Shown: positions 26,936 to 35,386 of the stretch, piece by piece
Numbering within the stretch: position 1 is the first letter of the stretch
How the letters are laid out: each line of letters opens with the position of its first letter
NCBI GenBank assembly: GCA_039810425.1
Contig: JBDHWW010000029.1
Location: forward strand, 1 to 37,287
Reading direction: 5' to 3'
Origin: Pseudobdellovibrionaceae bacterium
GTDB taxonomy: Bacteria > Bdellovibrionota > Bdellovibrionia > Bdellovibrionales > Bdellovibrionaceae
DNA: 37,287 nucleotides
Notes under the pieces: model-generated
The model's input: only the letters and a program-made list of their open reading frames with translations
Database searches by the model: none
Told to the model about the DNA's origin: nothing
Translations under genes and position numbers: made by a program

Positions 26936-28243
26936 ATGAAGCTGCGTCTTGGGATTCTCATAGTCATTTGCTTGCTTCCATTTTTGGCGCACGCCAAAGA
27001 CGGCTGGGACCTCACCACGGACGCAAAAATAGAAAGTGTCTATTGGCCCCAAGACTATGGCGAAGACACCAACAACACTCTCAATCGCCTCTCGTTGGTC
27101 CCGGTTTTAACCGGGAGCCACGGCCGGGCTTATCGGTTCTTTTTTAAACCGGCATTTCAATGGGACCCACAGAATAAATCCAATGAAGAAAAGATCTTTG
27201 CCGACGCCGGCGAAGCTTATTTCAAACTGCGCGGTGAAACAACCAGCGTCCAAGTCGGGAGCAACATTCTTCATTGGGGCGTGACGGACGGTTATAACCC
27301 GATGGATATCGTGAATATGCGCCAATATTACGACCCGCTTCGCGCGGTGAAGCTCGGCATGGGCTCGGTGCTTTTCTCGCACAGTTCAGAGAAATCCGAT
27401 CAAGAGCTGATCTACATTCCTAAAAACCGTGAATCAATTTTGCCGGGAATTCAGAGTCGCTGGCTGCCACGCAAAGTCTATATTCCACGTACCGTGGATA
27501 ACAACGTCGCCCTCATTCTTCCAGAGAATCTTCGTTATACTTACGATAGCCGCGTTGCGCTTGATCAGGCGGCGGATAACAACATTGGACTTCGCCTGCA
27601 ATGGCACTTAGGCGCCATTGACCTGAGCTGGACCGGCTATGACGGCATCACTCAGTTTCCCATCGTGCAGCCGGAAATCACCGGCAACGTGATTCAAGTG
27701 TCGCCCACTATAATTATTCAAACAGATCCCGACGTGAAGCTTCACCTGAAATTCTACCGCCAACGCGCCAGTGGATTTTCCTGGGTCAGTAGCCATTGGA
27801 ACTTTCTTTTAAAGTACGCCACGAACTATTCGCAAAGCTATGGCGATGACCCCCTTTTACCAGGCTGGACTCATGAAAGCATCGTCGGCCTGGAAAGAAA
27901 CTTCAATATCGGCTCCGAAGGGCTTCTCGTCGCGCTCGTTCAGTATTCTTTTATCAATACCGAAAAGGAAAACGCCTCGAATATGTCTGTGACAGAAATC
28001 TTCCGCCGCGCTTGGATGGCCGGCGGCCGCTTCTCGTGGGGCGACAATTGGACTGTGACGGCTCTTGGCCTTTACGATACTCTCCATCACGGCAACTTTC
28101 AGCAGTACTCTGTGGCACGCCGGCTTTTCGACACCTGGACCCTTCAAGCAAGTGCTGAAATCATCTCTGGCAACGCGGCGACACCTCTCGGCGTGTATAA
28201 CGAGAACGACAACTACCGACTCTCCCTGAGCCGTAGTTGGTGA
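26936..28243 (+). CDS. Outer-membrane beta-barrel of the type that accompanies MMPL/LolA-like genes (DUF1302-like)
   Basis: Signal peptide AHA; EAYF...VQVG.N.LHWG.TD.YNP.D.VN motif; amphipathic strands; C-terminal beta-signal YRLSLSRSW. Confidence 0.75.
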   Translation: MKLRLGILIVICLLPFLAHAKDGWDLTTDAKIESVYWPQDYGEDTNNTLNRLSLVPVLTGSHGRAYRFFFKPAFQWDPQNKSNEEKIFADAGEAYFKLRGETTSVQVGSNILHWGVTDGYNPMDIVNMRQYYDPLRAVKLGMGSVLFSHSSEKSDQELIYIPKNRESILPGIQSRWLPRKVYIPRTVDNNVALILPENLRYTYDSRVALDQAADNNIGLRLQWHLGAIDLSWTGYDGITQFPIVQPEITGNVIQVSPTIIIQTDPDVKLHLKFYRQRASGFSWVSSHWNFLLKYATNYSQSYGDDPLLPGWTHESIVGLERNFNIGSEGLLVALVQYSFINTEKENASNMSVTEIFRRAWMAGGRFSWGDNWTVTALGLYDTLHHGNFQQYSVARRLFDTWTLQASAEIISGNAATPLGVYNENDNYRLSLSRSW

Positions 28244-28246
28244 AAA

Positions 28247-29773
28247 CTACTTCGGAGCCGGAGTGGCATGGACCGGTTGTTTTAAAGACAGCACCAGGTC
28301 TCCGCCATTTGTGCTCTGCACTTTCTGAACGAGCAAAGACACGCCGCTGGCTACCGGAATGACTGGCAACGTATAATGGAGCGTCGCCCCCTGCACCGCA
28401 CTTTGTATGCGCTTGCGAATGGCGGACGCCGCAAAGGTTTTTGACGGCGCATACTTCGCCACATAGCCGGGGTCCCACTCTGCTTGCAGACCGAGCCCGA
28501 CGCTTGTGAACTTCGCGGAGAACTTGCCATTATCAAGTGACAGATTCACCTTGCTCGTCATTGGCACTGAAAAATTCATAAACGGCACATAACCTCCGGA
28601 ACGGGGCGCGGACATTTTCGCATAAAGTGGCACGTTCACGTCATAGCTCAGGCGCTTTCCCGTCAGCCTGATGTTCTCGGGCGAATAGAGTTCAAATAAG
28701 AATTTTGCATCTTTTGGATAGCTCATCAAATCGCGCCAAACGAAGAACTGCGTAAAACGTGATGTCATCAGCGTTTGAAACCCTGGAATATCCCGGGAAT
28801 AAACTTTCTCTGCCCACGTGTTCCCGGCGTAAGCTTGCTTTGCCACGGCGATAATGAAGCTTTCAGGCACGCGGATCGTCGCTGATTGGTTTTCGCCGAA
28901 CGCGCCCTTTGACAGGCGCAAACTCACTTCACCGTGAGACTTTAGGCGCGTAAACTCCACCCGAAAAATTCCACGCGCGACCGCCATTTTTTTGGTGCCC
29001 GTAAAATCCGTGACACTCATTGAAACTTTAATGTCTGGACGCGCCGTAATGAGGCTGCGGGGCTTGGAAAGGTTTAGGGAGTATGAGTTGACATAGTTAC
29101 GTACGTATCGCATCAAGGTCGTTTTTTGACTTGTGACAATAGTAGCGTCTCCGGTGCGCTGGCGGATTTCATTGCGAACGACATCTTCAAATCCCTCTGC
29201 GCCCGAACATTTCATCGTGGTGATCTCCCACGCGTCAGAAGTCCAAGTAAGGTTTGCATCATCCACTTGCGCCCGTAAAATTGCGCCGTCAAAAACCGGG
29301 CTGAGTTGCATTGTCAGAGTTGCTTGACCCGGTTTTAAGTGAAGATTCACTCCTTCACATTTTGCCTGCACCCGGAAGCGTCCGACCACTCCGCCGACCT
29401 CGCGTTGAATGTATTGATCAATGGCAACTGCCTGAATGAAAAGTCCGGCATCAAGGCCGCGCGATGCCAGCGCAACTGTTTCGCCGCCATCGCCGATATT
29501 TGGCTTTTGCAATCGCGTCTTGAGATCGAGTTTTAATCCGGTCATGAACACCTTCACATCAGGCGTATCCAGCGTTTGATCCGGGAGCTCCCAGTTCAAC
29601 TTGAATTCTTGTTTCTGCAAGGTGTCCCACTCTTGCTCTACGAGATCTTGTTGAAAAGACCTCGGAAGCAGCATCTCAAATTCTGTTTGGACAACGGCGT
29701 TTGCGAACACAACACGGCTCAGAAAAAAAATGACGAGTGCTAAGAACAAAAATCTGAAACGACGGATCTGCAT
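28247..29773 (-). CDS. Hypothetical secreted protein, possibly BPI/TULIP-like two-lobed lipid-binding fold
   Basis: GGGGAA RBS before ATG 29773; signal peptide VFA; two halves each with helix, long beta-strand run and closing helix; fold call is inference only. Confidence 0.6.
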   Translation of the reverse strand: MQIRRFRFLFLALVIFFLSRVVFANAVVQTEFEMLLPRSFQQDLVEQEWDTLQKQEFKLNWELPDQTLDTPDVKVFMTGLKLDLKTRLQKPNIGDGGETVALASRGLDAGLFIQAVAIDQYIQREVGGVVGRFRVQAKCEGVNLHLKPGQATLTMQLSPVFDGAILRAQVDDANLTWTSDAWEITTMKCSGAEGFEDVVRNEIRQRTGDATIVTSQKTTLMRYVRNYVNSYSLNLSKPRSLITARPDIKVSMSVTDFTGTKKMAVARGIFRVEFTRLKSHGEVSLRLSKGAFGENQSATIRVPESFIIAVAKQAYAGNTWAEKVYSRDIPGFQTLMTSRFTQFFVWRDLMSYPKDAKFLFELYSPENIRLTGKRLSYDVNVPLYAKMSAPRSGGYVPFMNFSVPMTSKVNLSLDNGKFSAKFTSVGLGLQAEWDPGYVAKYAPSKTFAASAIRKRIQSAVQGATLHYTLPVIPVASGVSLLVQKVQSTNGGDLVLSLKQPVHATPAPK

Positions 29774-29794
29774 CTTGTTCCCCGTTGGAAGGTA

Positions 29795-29808
29795 TAATAA
29801 TATTATTA
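29795..29808. promoter_or_regulatory. Perfect 14-bp palindrome in the divergent promoter region
   Basis: TAATAATATTATTA overlapping TATAAT (29793-29798) in an AT-rich spacer. Confidence 0.45.
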
Positions 29809-29862
29809 ACACTCTACTTAGAAAATAAGAACTAAATATCGAACTCTTACAAAGGAATCTCA

Positions 29863-32800
29863 GTGACCTATCCATCATTGGCTAAGGATAAACTTCCAGT
29901 TTTTGTTAAAAGAGTCTGCGTCGGTATTTTAATTTTGATGAGCGCACTGACAGTATTAAGCGTTTTGACTTTCTCACGCTTGCAAACAAAGTATTCCTTG
30001 AGCCAGTTTCTGCCCAAACAAAATCCGCTGTTGGCGCTAGATGCAAAAACAAAAAAAACTTTTCAGATATCAGATTCGCAGCCGTTCATTGCGACCTTAC
30101 AACTTCTTGACAAACAACACACTTGGCTTGAGGTGGATAAAATTCAGTTACTTAAACAAACAACTGAGGAGATGGGCCGGATTGACGGCGTGAAAAGCGC
30201 CCTCAGCATCGCGACTGTTGAAGGGGCGGTGAATAACAAAGAAGGCCTTAGTGTGGGGCCCTTGCTCGAATCTCTTCCCACCCAGAGTTGGCTGAGCCAG
30301 GTGATGAAGAATGCTTTACTGACACCCGCTTTGGTGGCTAAAGACGCAAAGACGGTTTCTATCGTCGTTTATCTGAAGGACTCCGGCTCTGCGGATTTGC
30401 AGACGATGAAGTCTGAAATCGAAACGATTGCACAAAAGAGGTTGCCGTTTTCAAAAGTCGAGATCGGCGGAACTCCGGCGGTGCAATCCGATATCAGCGT
30501 GCTGCTGCAAAGCGAGGTCCGCAACTTCGTCGGCTTGGGGTTTTTGGCGTGCCTGACCGTGCTCACTATTGTTTTTGCGAATTTCACGCCGGTGATTATT
30601 TCTTTTATCATCACTGTTGTCGCGAATCTGATGATCCTCGCTGCGATGGCGATGTTGGGGTATTCGTTTACGGTGCTTTCAACGACGATTCCGATCCTTG
30701 CGACGATTACGGTGATGTCACTGTGTATTCACTCAATGCTCCGCTTGGTGGAAGAAACTAAGACCGCACCGCCGAGGCCTCATCACCGTCTAGTCATTAG
30801 AACGATGCGCGTACTGCTCGGCCCGAATTTCTTAGCGGCCCTCACGCCGATGATCGGTTTCTTAAGTCTCGCGACCACGAAGGTGCCACTCATCCGCGAC
30901 TTCGGCTTGACGGTCGCGATGGCGATCTCTATTTGCTGGATTGTTTCTTACCTCCTTCTCGTGCCGTTGCTGATTTTGCTGCCAAAACCCCAGGCGCGGA
31001 AATGGGCGTGGGCCAAGGCGCGCTGGAGTCTTTACTTTTTCCAGAAAAGCGGCGTTGTGGCTTTGCTGATCATTGGCGTGTCCGTGGCTTTGGCCCTCAA
31101 AGGACAAACGCTGTCATGGACGGCCCGCCTGTTTGATGACCTGCCGAGCGATCATCAGGTGCGCAACTCCACCGAGCTGATTGACCACGAATTGGGCGGG
31201 ATGATTCCGATCGATATAGAGCTTCGCGGGACGAAAGATATCTGGAGCGATCCGAAGCTGCTTTCGCAACTTGACAGTTTGATTCGCCGTTATCGTAAGC
31301 ACCTTGGCGTCGGCAGCGCCGTGGGGCTGCCTGATCTGCTGGCCGCCTCGAACTTAACCCAAACACGCTTGCCGGCGAGCAAAGCCTCCGCCGCAGAGAT
31401 TTTGTTTCTTTACTCCCTATCAGACCAAAGCCCTTTAAAAAACTACCTCAACACGGATTCTTCGCGCACGCGGATCGCGATTCGCGCGCAGGATCTGCCA
31501 GCAAACGAGCTCCATCGCCTTGTTGAGTTCATGACCCGCGATGCGCGTAAAACTTTTCCGGGCTTTATCGTCAATGCCTCGGGCATGGGCTCAACGATTC
31601 ACACCTTGAATAACCAGCTCTCGCGTGAATTGATCTTTGGCTTCTGGCAGTCGATGTTTGTGATCTTTGTGATACTGATTTTCGTGTTTAGATCGGCGCG
31701 CTGGTCGCTTGTGGCCTGTATTCCGAACCTGGTACCGCCGGCGGTGCTGCTCGGATTCCTTGCGATTTCACAAACTCCGATCAAACCGAGTATCGCGATT
31801 ATCTTCTCGATCGCGCTGGGTTTGGCGTTTAACAATACCGTCTATTTCCTGGCGCGCTTGCGTAGTATTCAAAAGAGCAGCTCTATTAACCGTTTGGACG
31901 TTGAAAAGGCGCTATGGCTCGAGGGGAATCCTTGTCTCATATCAAGTTTAACCCTGCTTGCGGGGTTTTCCGTATTTCTTGTCTCGTATTTCGCAATGAA
32001 TAGAACTTTTGGGTTTTACATGGTGTTGTCCATGGTGGCGGGTCTGGTGGGGGACCTCATTCTTCTGCCGACACTTTTGAAGAGCTGCCCCTGGTTGTTA
32101 AAAACTCCGAATTGGAGTCCAAGAACAAAGGAGAAATTCATGGCCAGCCTGTCCGCCGTCAGCCTCACCTTCTTGCTTTTTGGCGTCGCTACTCCGGCCC
32201 ACGCGGCGATTCCGCCGATGGATGTCCAAAAGATCGCCGCTGAAATTTCAAGCCGCATGAGTGCCAAAGATGAGGAGTTCGACGCCACCATGAAAATCAT
32301 CGAAGCCGACAAGAGTTCAAAAGAGCGCGGCATGAAAATCATGCGCCTTAGCCCAAGTAAAAAAGAACACTACGTCATGGTCCACATGCAAACTCCGAAA
32401 GACCTCAAAGGCACTTCTCTGCTGGCGACTTACAAAGACGGCAAGGAAGAGAAATGGCTGTACTTGCCTTCAAGCAAGCAGACCCGTCGCTTGGCTTCAA
32501 CCTCCAGCGAGTCAAACTCGATCTTGGGGTCTGAACTGAACACGGAAGATTTCAATATCAATACCGAAACAAGCGCCAAGAATACTCTTAAGAACGAGGT
32601 GAAGGTCCATGGCCAAACCCTTTACGTGGTGGAAAGCGATGTCAACCAAGCATCAGGCCACTACTCGAAGGTGGTCAGCTATATTGCGCAGAATGAATTT
32701 CTGCCCAATAAGTCAGAGGCCTATGACAAGCAAGGCAAGTTACTTAAAATCATTGAATTCAGCGACTACAAAAAAGTCGGCGACGGCAAGTGGCGCGCGG

Positions 32801-32922
32801 GAAAAATTAAAATCCGCAATATACAAAACAACCGCGCCACCGAAATCACCCTTTCAAACATCAAAGTGGATCAGAATCTAAAACCCTCAGAGTTCACGCC
32901 GAAAGCTTTGAGCGAAGAATAA
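29863..32922 (+). CDS. MMPL/RND family transporter fused to a C-terminal LolA-like (outer-membrane lipoprotein-sorting type) domain
   Basis: AAAGGA RBS, GTG start; two RND repeats (TM, periplasmic loop, TM bundle: IGGTP, GFLSL....PLIRDFG, IPNLVP, DLILLP); C-terminal P.DLKGT.LL, WLYLPS.K.TRR, GSEL..ED, YSK, YDKQGKLLK, W....I.I.N......T motifs. Confidence 0.88.
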   Translation: MTYPSLAKDKLPVFVKRVCVGILILMSALTVLSVLTFSRLQTKYSLSQFLPKQNPLLALDAKTKKTFQISDSQPFIATLQLLDKQHTWLEVDKIQLLKQTTEEMGRIDGVKSALSIATVEGAVNNKEGLSVGPLLESLPTQSWLSQVMKNALLTPALVAKDAKTVSIVVYLKDSGSADLQTMKSEIETIAQKRLPFSKVEIGGTPAVQSDISVLLQSEVRNFVGLGFLACLTVLTIVFANFTPVIISFIITVVANLMILAAMAMLGYSFTVLSTTIPILATITVMSLCIHSMLRLVEETKTAPPRPHHRLVIRTMRVLLGPNFLAALTPMIGFLSLATTKVPLIRDFGLTVAMAISICWIVSYLLLVPLLILLPKPQARKWAWAKARWSLYFFQKSGVVALLIIGVSVALALKGQTLSWTARLFDDLPSDHQVRNSTELIDHELGGMIPIDIELRGTKDIWSDPKLLSQLDSLIRRYRKHLGVGSAVGLPDLLAASNLTQTRLPASKASAAEILFLYSLSDQSPLKNYLNTDSSRTRIAIRAQDLPANELHRLVEFMTRDARKTFPGFIVNASGMGSTIHTLNNQLSRELIFGFWQSMFVIFVILIFVFRSARWSLVACIPNLVPPAVLLGFLAISQTPIKPSIAIIFSIALGLAFNNTVYFLARLRSIQKSSSINRLDVEKALWLEGNPCLISSLTLLAGFSVFLVSYFAMNRTFGFYMVLSMVAGLVGDLILLPTLLKSCPWLLKTPNWSPRTKEKFMASLSAVSLTFLLFGVATPAHAAIPPMDVQKIAAEISSRMSAKDEEFDATMKIIEADKSSKERGMKIMRLSPSKKEHYVMVHMQTPKDLKGTSLLATYKDGKEEKWLYLPSSKQTRRLASTSSESNSILGSELNTEDFNINTETSAKNTLKNEVKVHGQTLYVVESDVNQASGHYSKVVSYIAQNEFLPNKSEAYDKQGKLLKIIEFSDYKKVGDGKWRAGKIKIRNIQNNRATEITLSNIKVDQNLKPSEFTPKALSEE
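32140..32922 (+). CDS. Possible internally initiated, in-frame LolA-like periplasmic protein
   Basis: AAGGAG (32128-32133) 6 nt before an in-frame ATG, followed by signal-peptide-like MASLSAVSLTFLLFGVATPAHA. Confidence 0.5.
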   Translation: MASLSAVSLTFLLFGVATPAHAAIPPMDVQKIAAEISSRMSAKDEEFDATMKIIEADKSSKERGMKIMRLSPSKKEHYVMVHMQTPKDLKGTSLLATYKDGKEEKWLYLPSSKQTRRLASTSSESNSILGSELNTEDFNINTETSAKNTLKNEVKVHGQTLYVVESDVNQASGHYSKVVSYIAQNEFLPNKSEAYDKQGKLLKIIEFSDYKKVGDGKWRAGKIKIRNIQNNRATEITLSNIKVDQNLKPSEFTPKALSEE

Positions 32923-32962
32923 TCCTAACATCCACGTCCCGAAAGTTGGCGGAAAACGAAAG

Positions 32963-33460
32963 CTACCCTCCGGCTTTCTTCAAAGCTTCGGCGATGACGA
33001 TTTCGCGCTCAATGCGATAGAACAGCACGCGCTCTTCAAGGCCGTCAGAGGCAACGCCGTCGGCTTCAGAAAAGAAGTCGCGCAGACGCTCGATCTTTTT
33101 CTCAATCGTCACGCGTGTAGATTCGCGGCCTTCGGTTCTTCCTTTAGCGAAATTGAATACCAATTTATAGCGAATACCCGCGGATGGAGGCTTGGACACT
33201 TCGGGTGGCAAGAAACCATCCACCCCCTTGATGAACTCGGTCTCTAAATAACCCGTGTCTTGGTTTTCAACGGCGATGGGATACTTGATCGAAGTATGCG
33301 CCGCCCGCCAAACGCTGTCGTAGGCCGCGAAGTATACTTTCTGATGTATAGATTGCTTCAGAATTGCGTTCTCCGGATCCTGCTGACGGTCGAAAAGACT
33401 GCAGCCGGATCCGAGGAGCACCAATACCGAACTAGAAATCCAAAGAAGTGTGCGTGACAT
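32963..33460 (-). CDS. Lipoprotein, BamC-like helix-grip domain candidate
   Basis: Lipobox LGSGC; YDSVWRAA......I...NQDTGYLETE pattern; overlaps the end of the upstream gene. Confidence 0.7.
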   Translation of the reverse strand: MSRTLLWISSSVLVLLGSGCSLFDRQQDPENAILKQSIHQKVYFAAYDSVWRAAHTSIKYPIAVENQDTGYLETEFIKGVDGFLPPEVSKPPSAGIRYKLVFNFAKGRTEGRESTRVTIEKKIERLRDFFSEADGVASDGLEERVLFYRIEREIVIAEALKKAGG

Positions 33461-34907
33461 GAGTAGCATTATTGATCATCGCCGGACCGAGATCAACCGT
33501 AGAAACATTCAGACTGCCAAGGAAATTGACCTCCCAGTGCTTCCGGCCTGGCAAGTGATTGCCGCCCGGCCACGTCGGCAAAGACAGGGTCTCAGGCCAT
33601 TGTGGAGCGTACATTTCCCAGTAGCTGCTGTTCACCAACACACTCGCCCCGCCTTGAGCCGTCTGTAGAACTTGAGATACCACCGCATAAGTCGCAATCG
33701 CGTTTACGCCAGGGATCGAGTTCATCTTTTGCAACAAAAGATCGCCGTTTGCCGCCATTGCTGGATCCGCCATGATCGGCAAGAACTGCGGAGTCACGCC
33801 ATTTCCAACGGGTACCAACACCGCGCTCAAACGATCTGTACCCGGCCCACTTGCATCCAAGTCTTTCGATTTTTTCAAAACAGACAAAACAGAACCTGTG
33901 CTATCTAAAGTCGCAAGGCTTTGTTTTTGGCCTGACTTCACAACTTTCACGTCCGTGGGAACCATATATTCGTTAAAGTGAGCCACCCCGACTGCGATCA
34001 TGGTTTCATCGCCCGCGATTGCCGGGGCTGTTATGTTGACCTTGTTTTTGAAGTCCATATCGGTCACGGACAAATCCATCTGAGTGCTGGATTTTGTGAT
34101 GTTCAAATCTTTCAAACCACCACCAGAAATCGTGAAGTCATTCACGAGTTCATACATCGGAGCATTGTTACGAAGCTTGTCCACCACTTGCTTGAACGGA
34201 AAGCGGCCACGGGCAGCGAAAACTTTTTGCACCCCGCCCTCTGCGAAGTAGGTGCGATACTTAGGTTTATCGATCGTGACCGGCAAAATGTAAGATTCTT
34301 TTTGCTTCGGGAACGTGAGGTTGCTTGGAACCTCAGCATCTTGACCCAGGATCGAGATGACATCGAATTGCGGGCTGATCACGGCATCGATATTAAACGC
34401 CAAGAAATCCTTGCGAGTCATCGCCGGGATCACCAAACCGAAATCGATGATACCATCGCGGTCTTGAATCTTATGGCCCGTCGTCGTGCCACTCACTTCG
34501 AACTGGGTGGTATTCGTTTGGCTCCTTTTATGCAAACGGTACGTGCGATCGCCCGGAGCTTGGGCAAAGTAAGTGGCACGAACATACCCCGGGGCTTCGA
34601 TCGTCACAGCTTGAGCGTCAGTCCAAGCTGTGGGCAGGTCGATGTGGCCCACCGCGTCCGCTGTCATATAATTGCCAGCAAATGGAGTCCCTTCCTCCAT
34701 ACCGATGAGGATTTGGGCGCCCGCCAAGGGCTGGAGATCTTCGCCCACGATGTTGATGCCTGTTACGGCCGTCGGCGAGAAAATTCCCCAGAGTTTTCCT
34801 GAAGGAGTGGTTGGCTTGTCCTGAGAACAGCCAGCTAGGTTAAATGTGGCAATGACGCCGATAATGCTCAAAGCCCAATGATTTCGAAGACGCGTCCGTA
34901 GATGCAT
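33432..34907 (-). CDS. Large hypothetical lipoprotein with N-terminal carboxypeptidase-regulatory-like beta domain
   Basis: GGGGGA RBS; lipobox LAGC; QPLAGAQI.IG...TADAVG...VTIEAPGY pattern. Confidence 0.7.
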   Translation of the reverse strand: MHLRTRLRNHWALSIIGVIATFNLAGCSQDKPTTPSGKLWGIFSPTAVTGINIVGEDLQPLAGAQILIGMEEGTPFAGNYMTADAVGHIDLPTAWTDAQAVTIEAPGYVRATYFAQAPGDRTYRLHKRSQTNTTQFEVSGTTTGHKIQDRDGIIDFGLVIPAMTRKDFLAFNIDAVISPQFDVISILGQDAEVPSNLTFPKQKESYILPVTIDKPKYRTYFAEGGVQKVFAARGRFPFKQVVDKLRNNAPMYELVNDFTISGGGLKDLNITKSSTQMDLSVTDMDFKNKVNITAPAIAGDETMIAVGVAHFNEYMVPTDVKVVKSGQKQSLATLDSTGSVLSVLKKSKDLDASGPGTDRLSAVLVPVGNGVTPQFLPIMADPAMAANGDLLLQKMNSIPGVNAIATYAVVSQVLQTAQGGASVLVNSSYWEMYAPQWPETLSLPTWPGGNHLPGRKHWEVNFLGSLNVSTVDLGPAMINNATHVTHTSLDF

Positions 34908-35091
34908 TGAGGGTCCCCCTTCCCAATTAGTGGATCCTAAGTTGCTTTAGTATTAGGCAAATTCAAGAAACGTCCTATTTCCGAAAATGACAGATTCAAT
35001 TGCATTTTGAATGGAAGCTCTAGTCAATACTAAAGACCTGGAGCGCCTCACTTTTTGTCCGACATTAATGAAAAAGGAGCCGACTCAGGGG

Positions 35092-35120
35092 TTGACATCA
35101 GGTCTGGGGATCGTTAGAAA
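35092..35120 (+). promoter_or_regulatory. sigma70 promoter of tRNA-Met
   Basis: TTGACA-N17-TAGAAA. Confidence 0.65.
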
Positions 35121-35191
35121 AGTTGTTCTTCAAGACATGGGGGCCAAACAGAAGTGCAAGCCCAAGCTTTGGAGCGTCAAAATGACGGTGT

Positions 35192-35268
<77 letters not shown>

Positions 35269-35313
35269 ATTTTCTTCAATAAATCATTGAAATCATTAGG
35301 TTTTTAGAGGGTT

Positions 35314-35335
35314 TCGCCGACCATCAGGTCGGCGA
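35314..35335. repeat. Perfect 9-bp inverted repeat between tRNA and integrase
   Basis: TCGCCGACC-ATCA-GGTCGGCGA. Confidence 0.8.
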
Positions 35336-35386
35336 TGTAGGCGATTTTTTCTTAATTTCCTGCGTGTTTTTACCGAAAGGAAAAGC

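Noticed and set aside
33978..34802. 274-aa antisense ORF
   Set aside because: Lies wholly opposite a well-formed lipoprotein gene; no RBS or recognisable motifs
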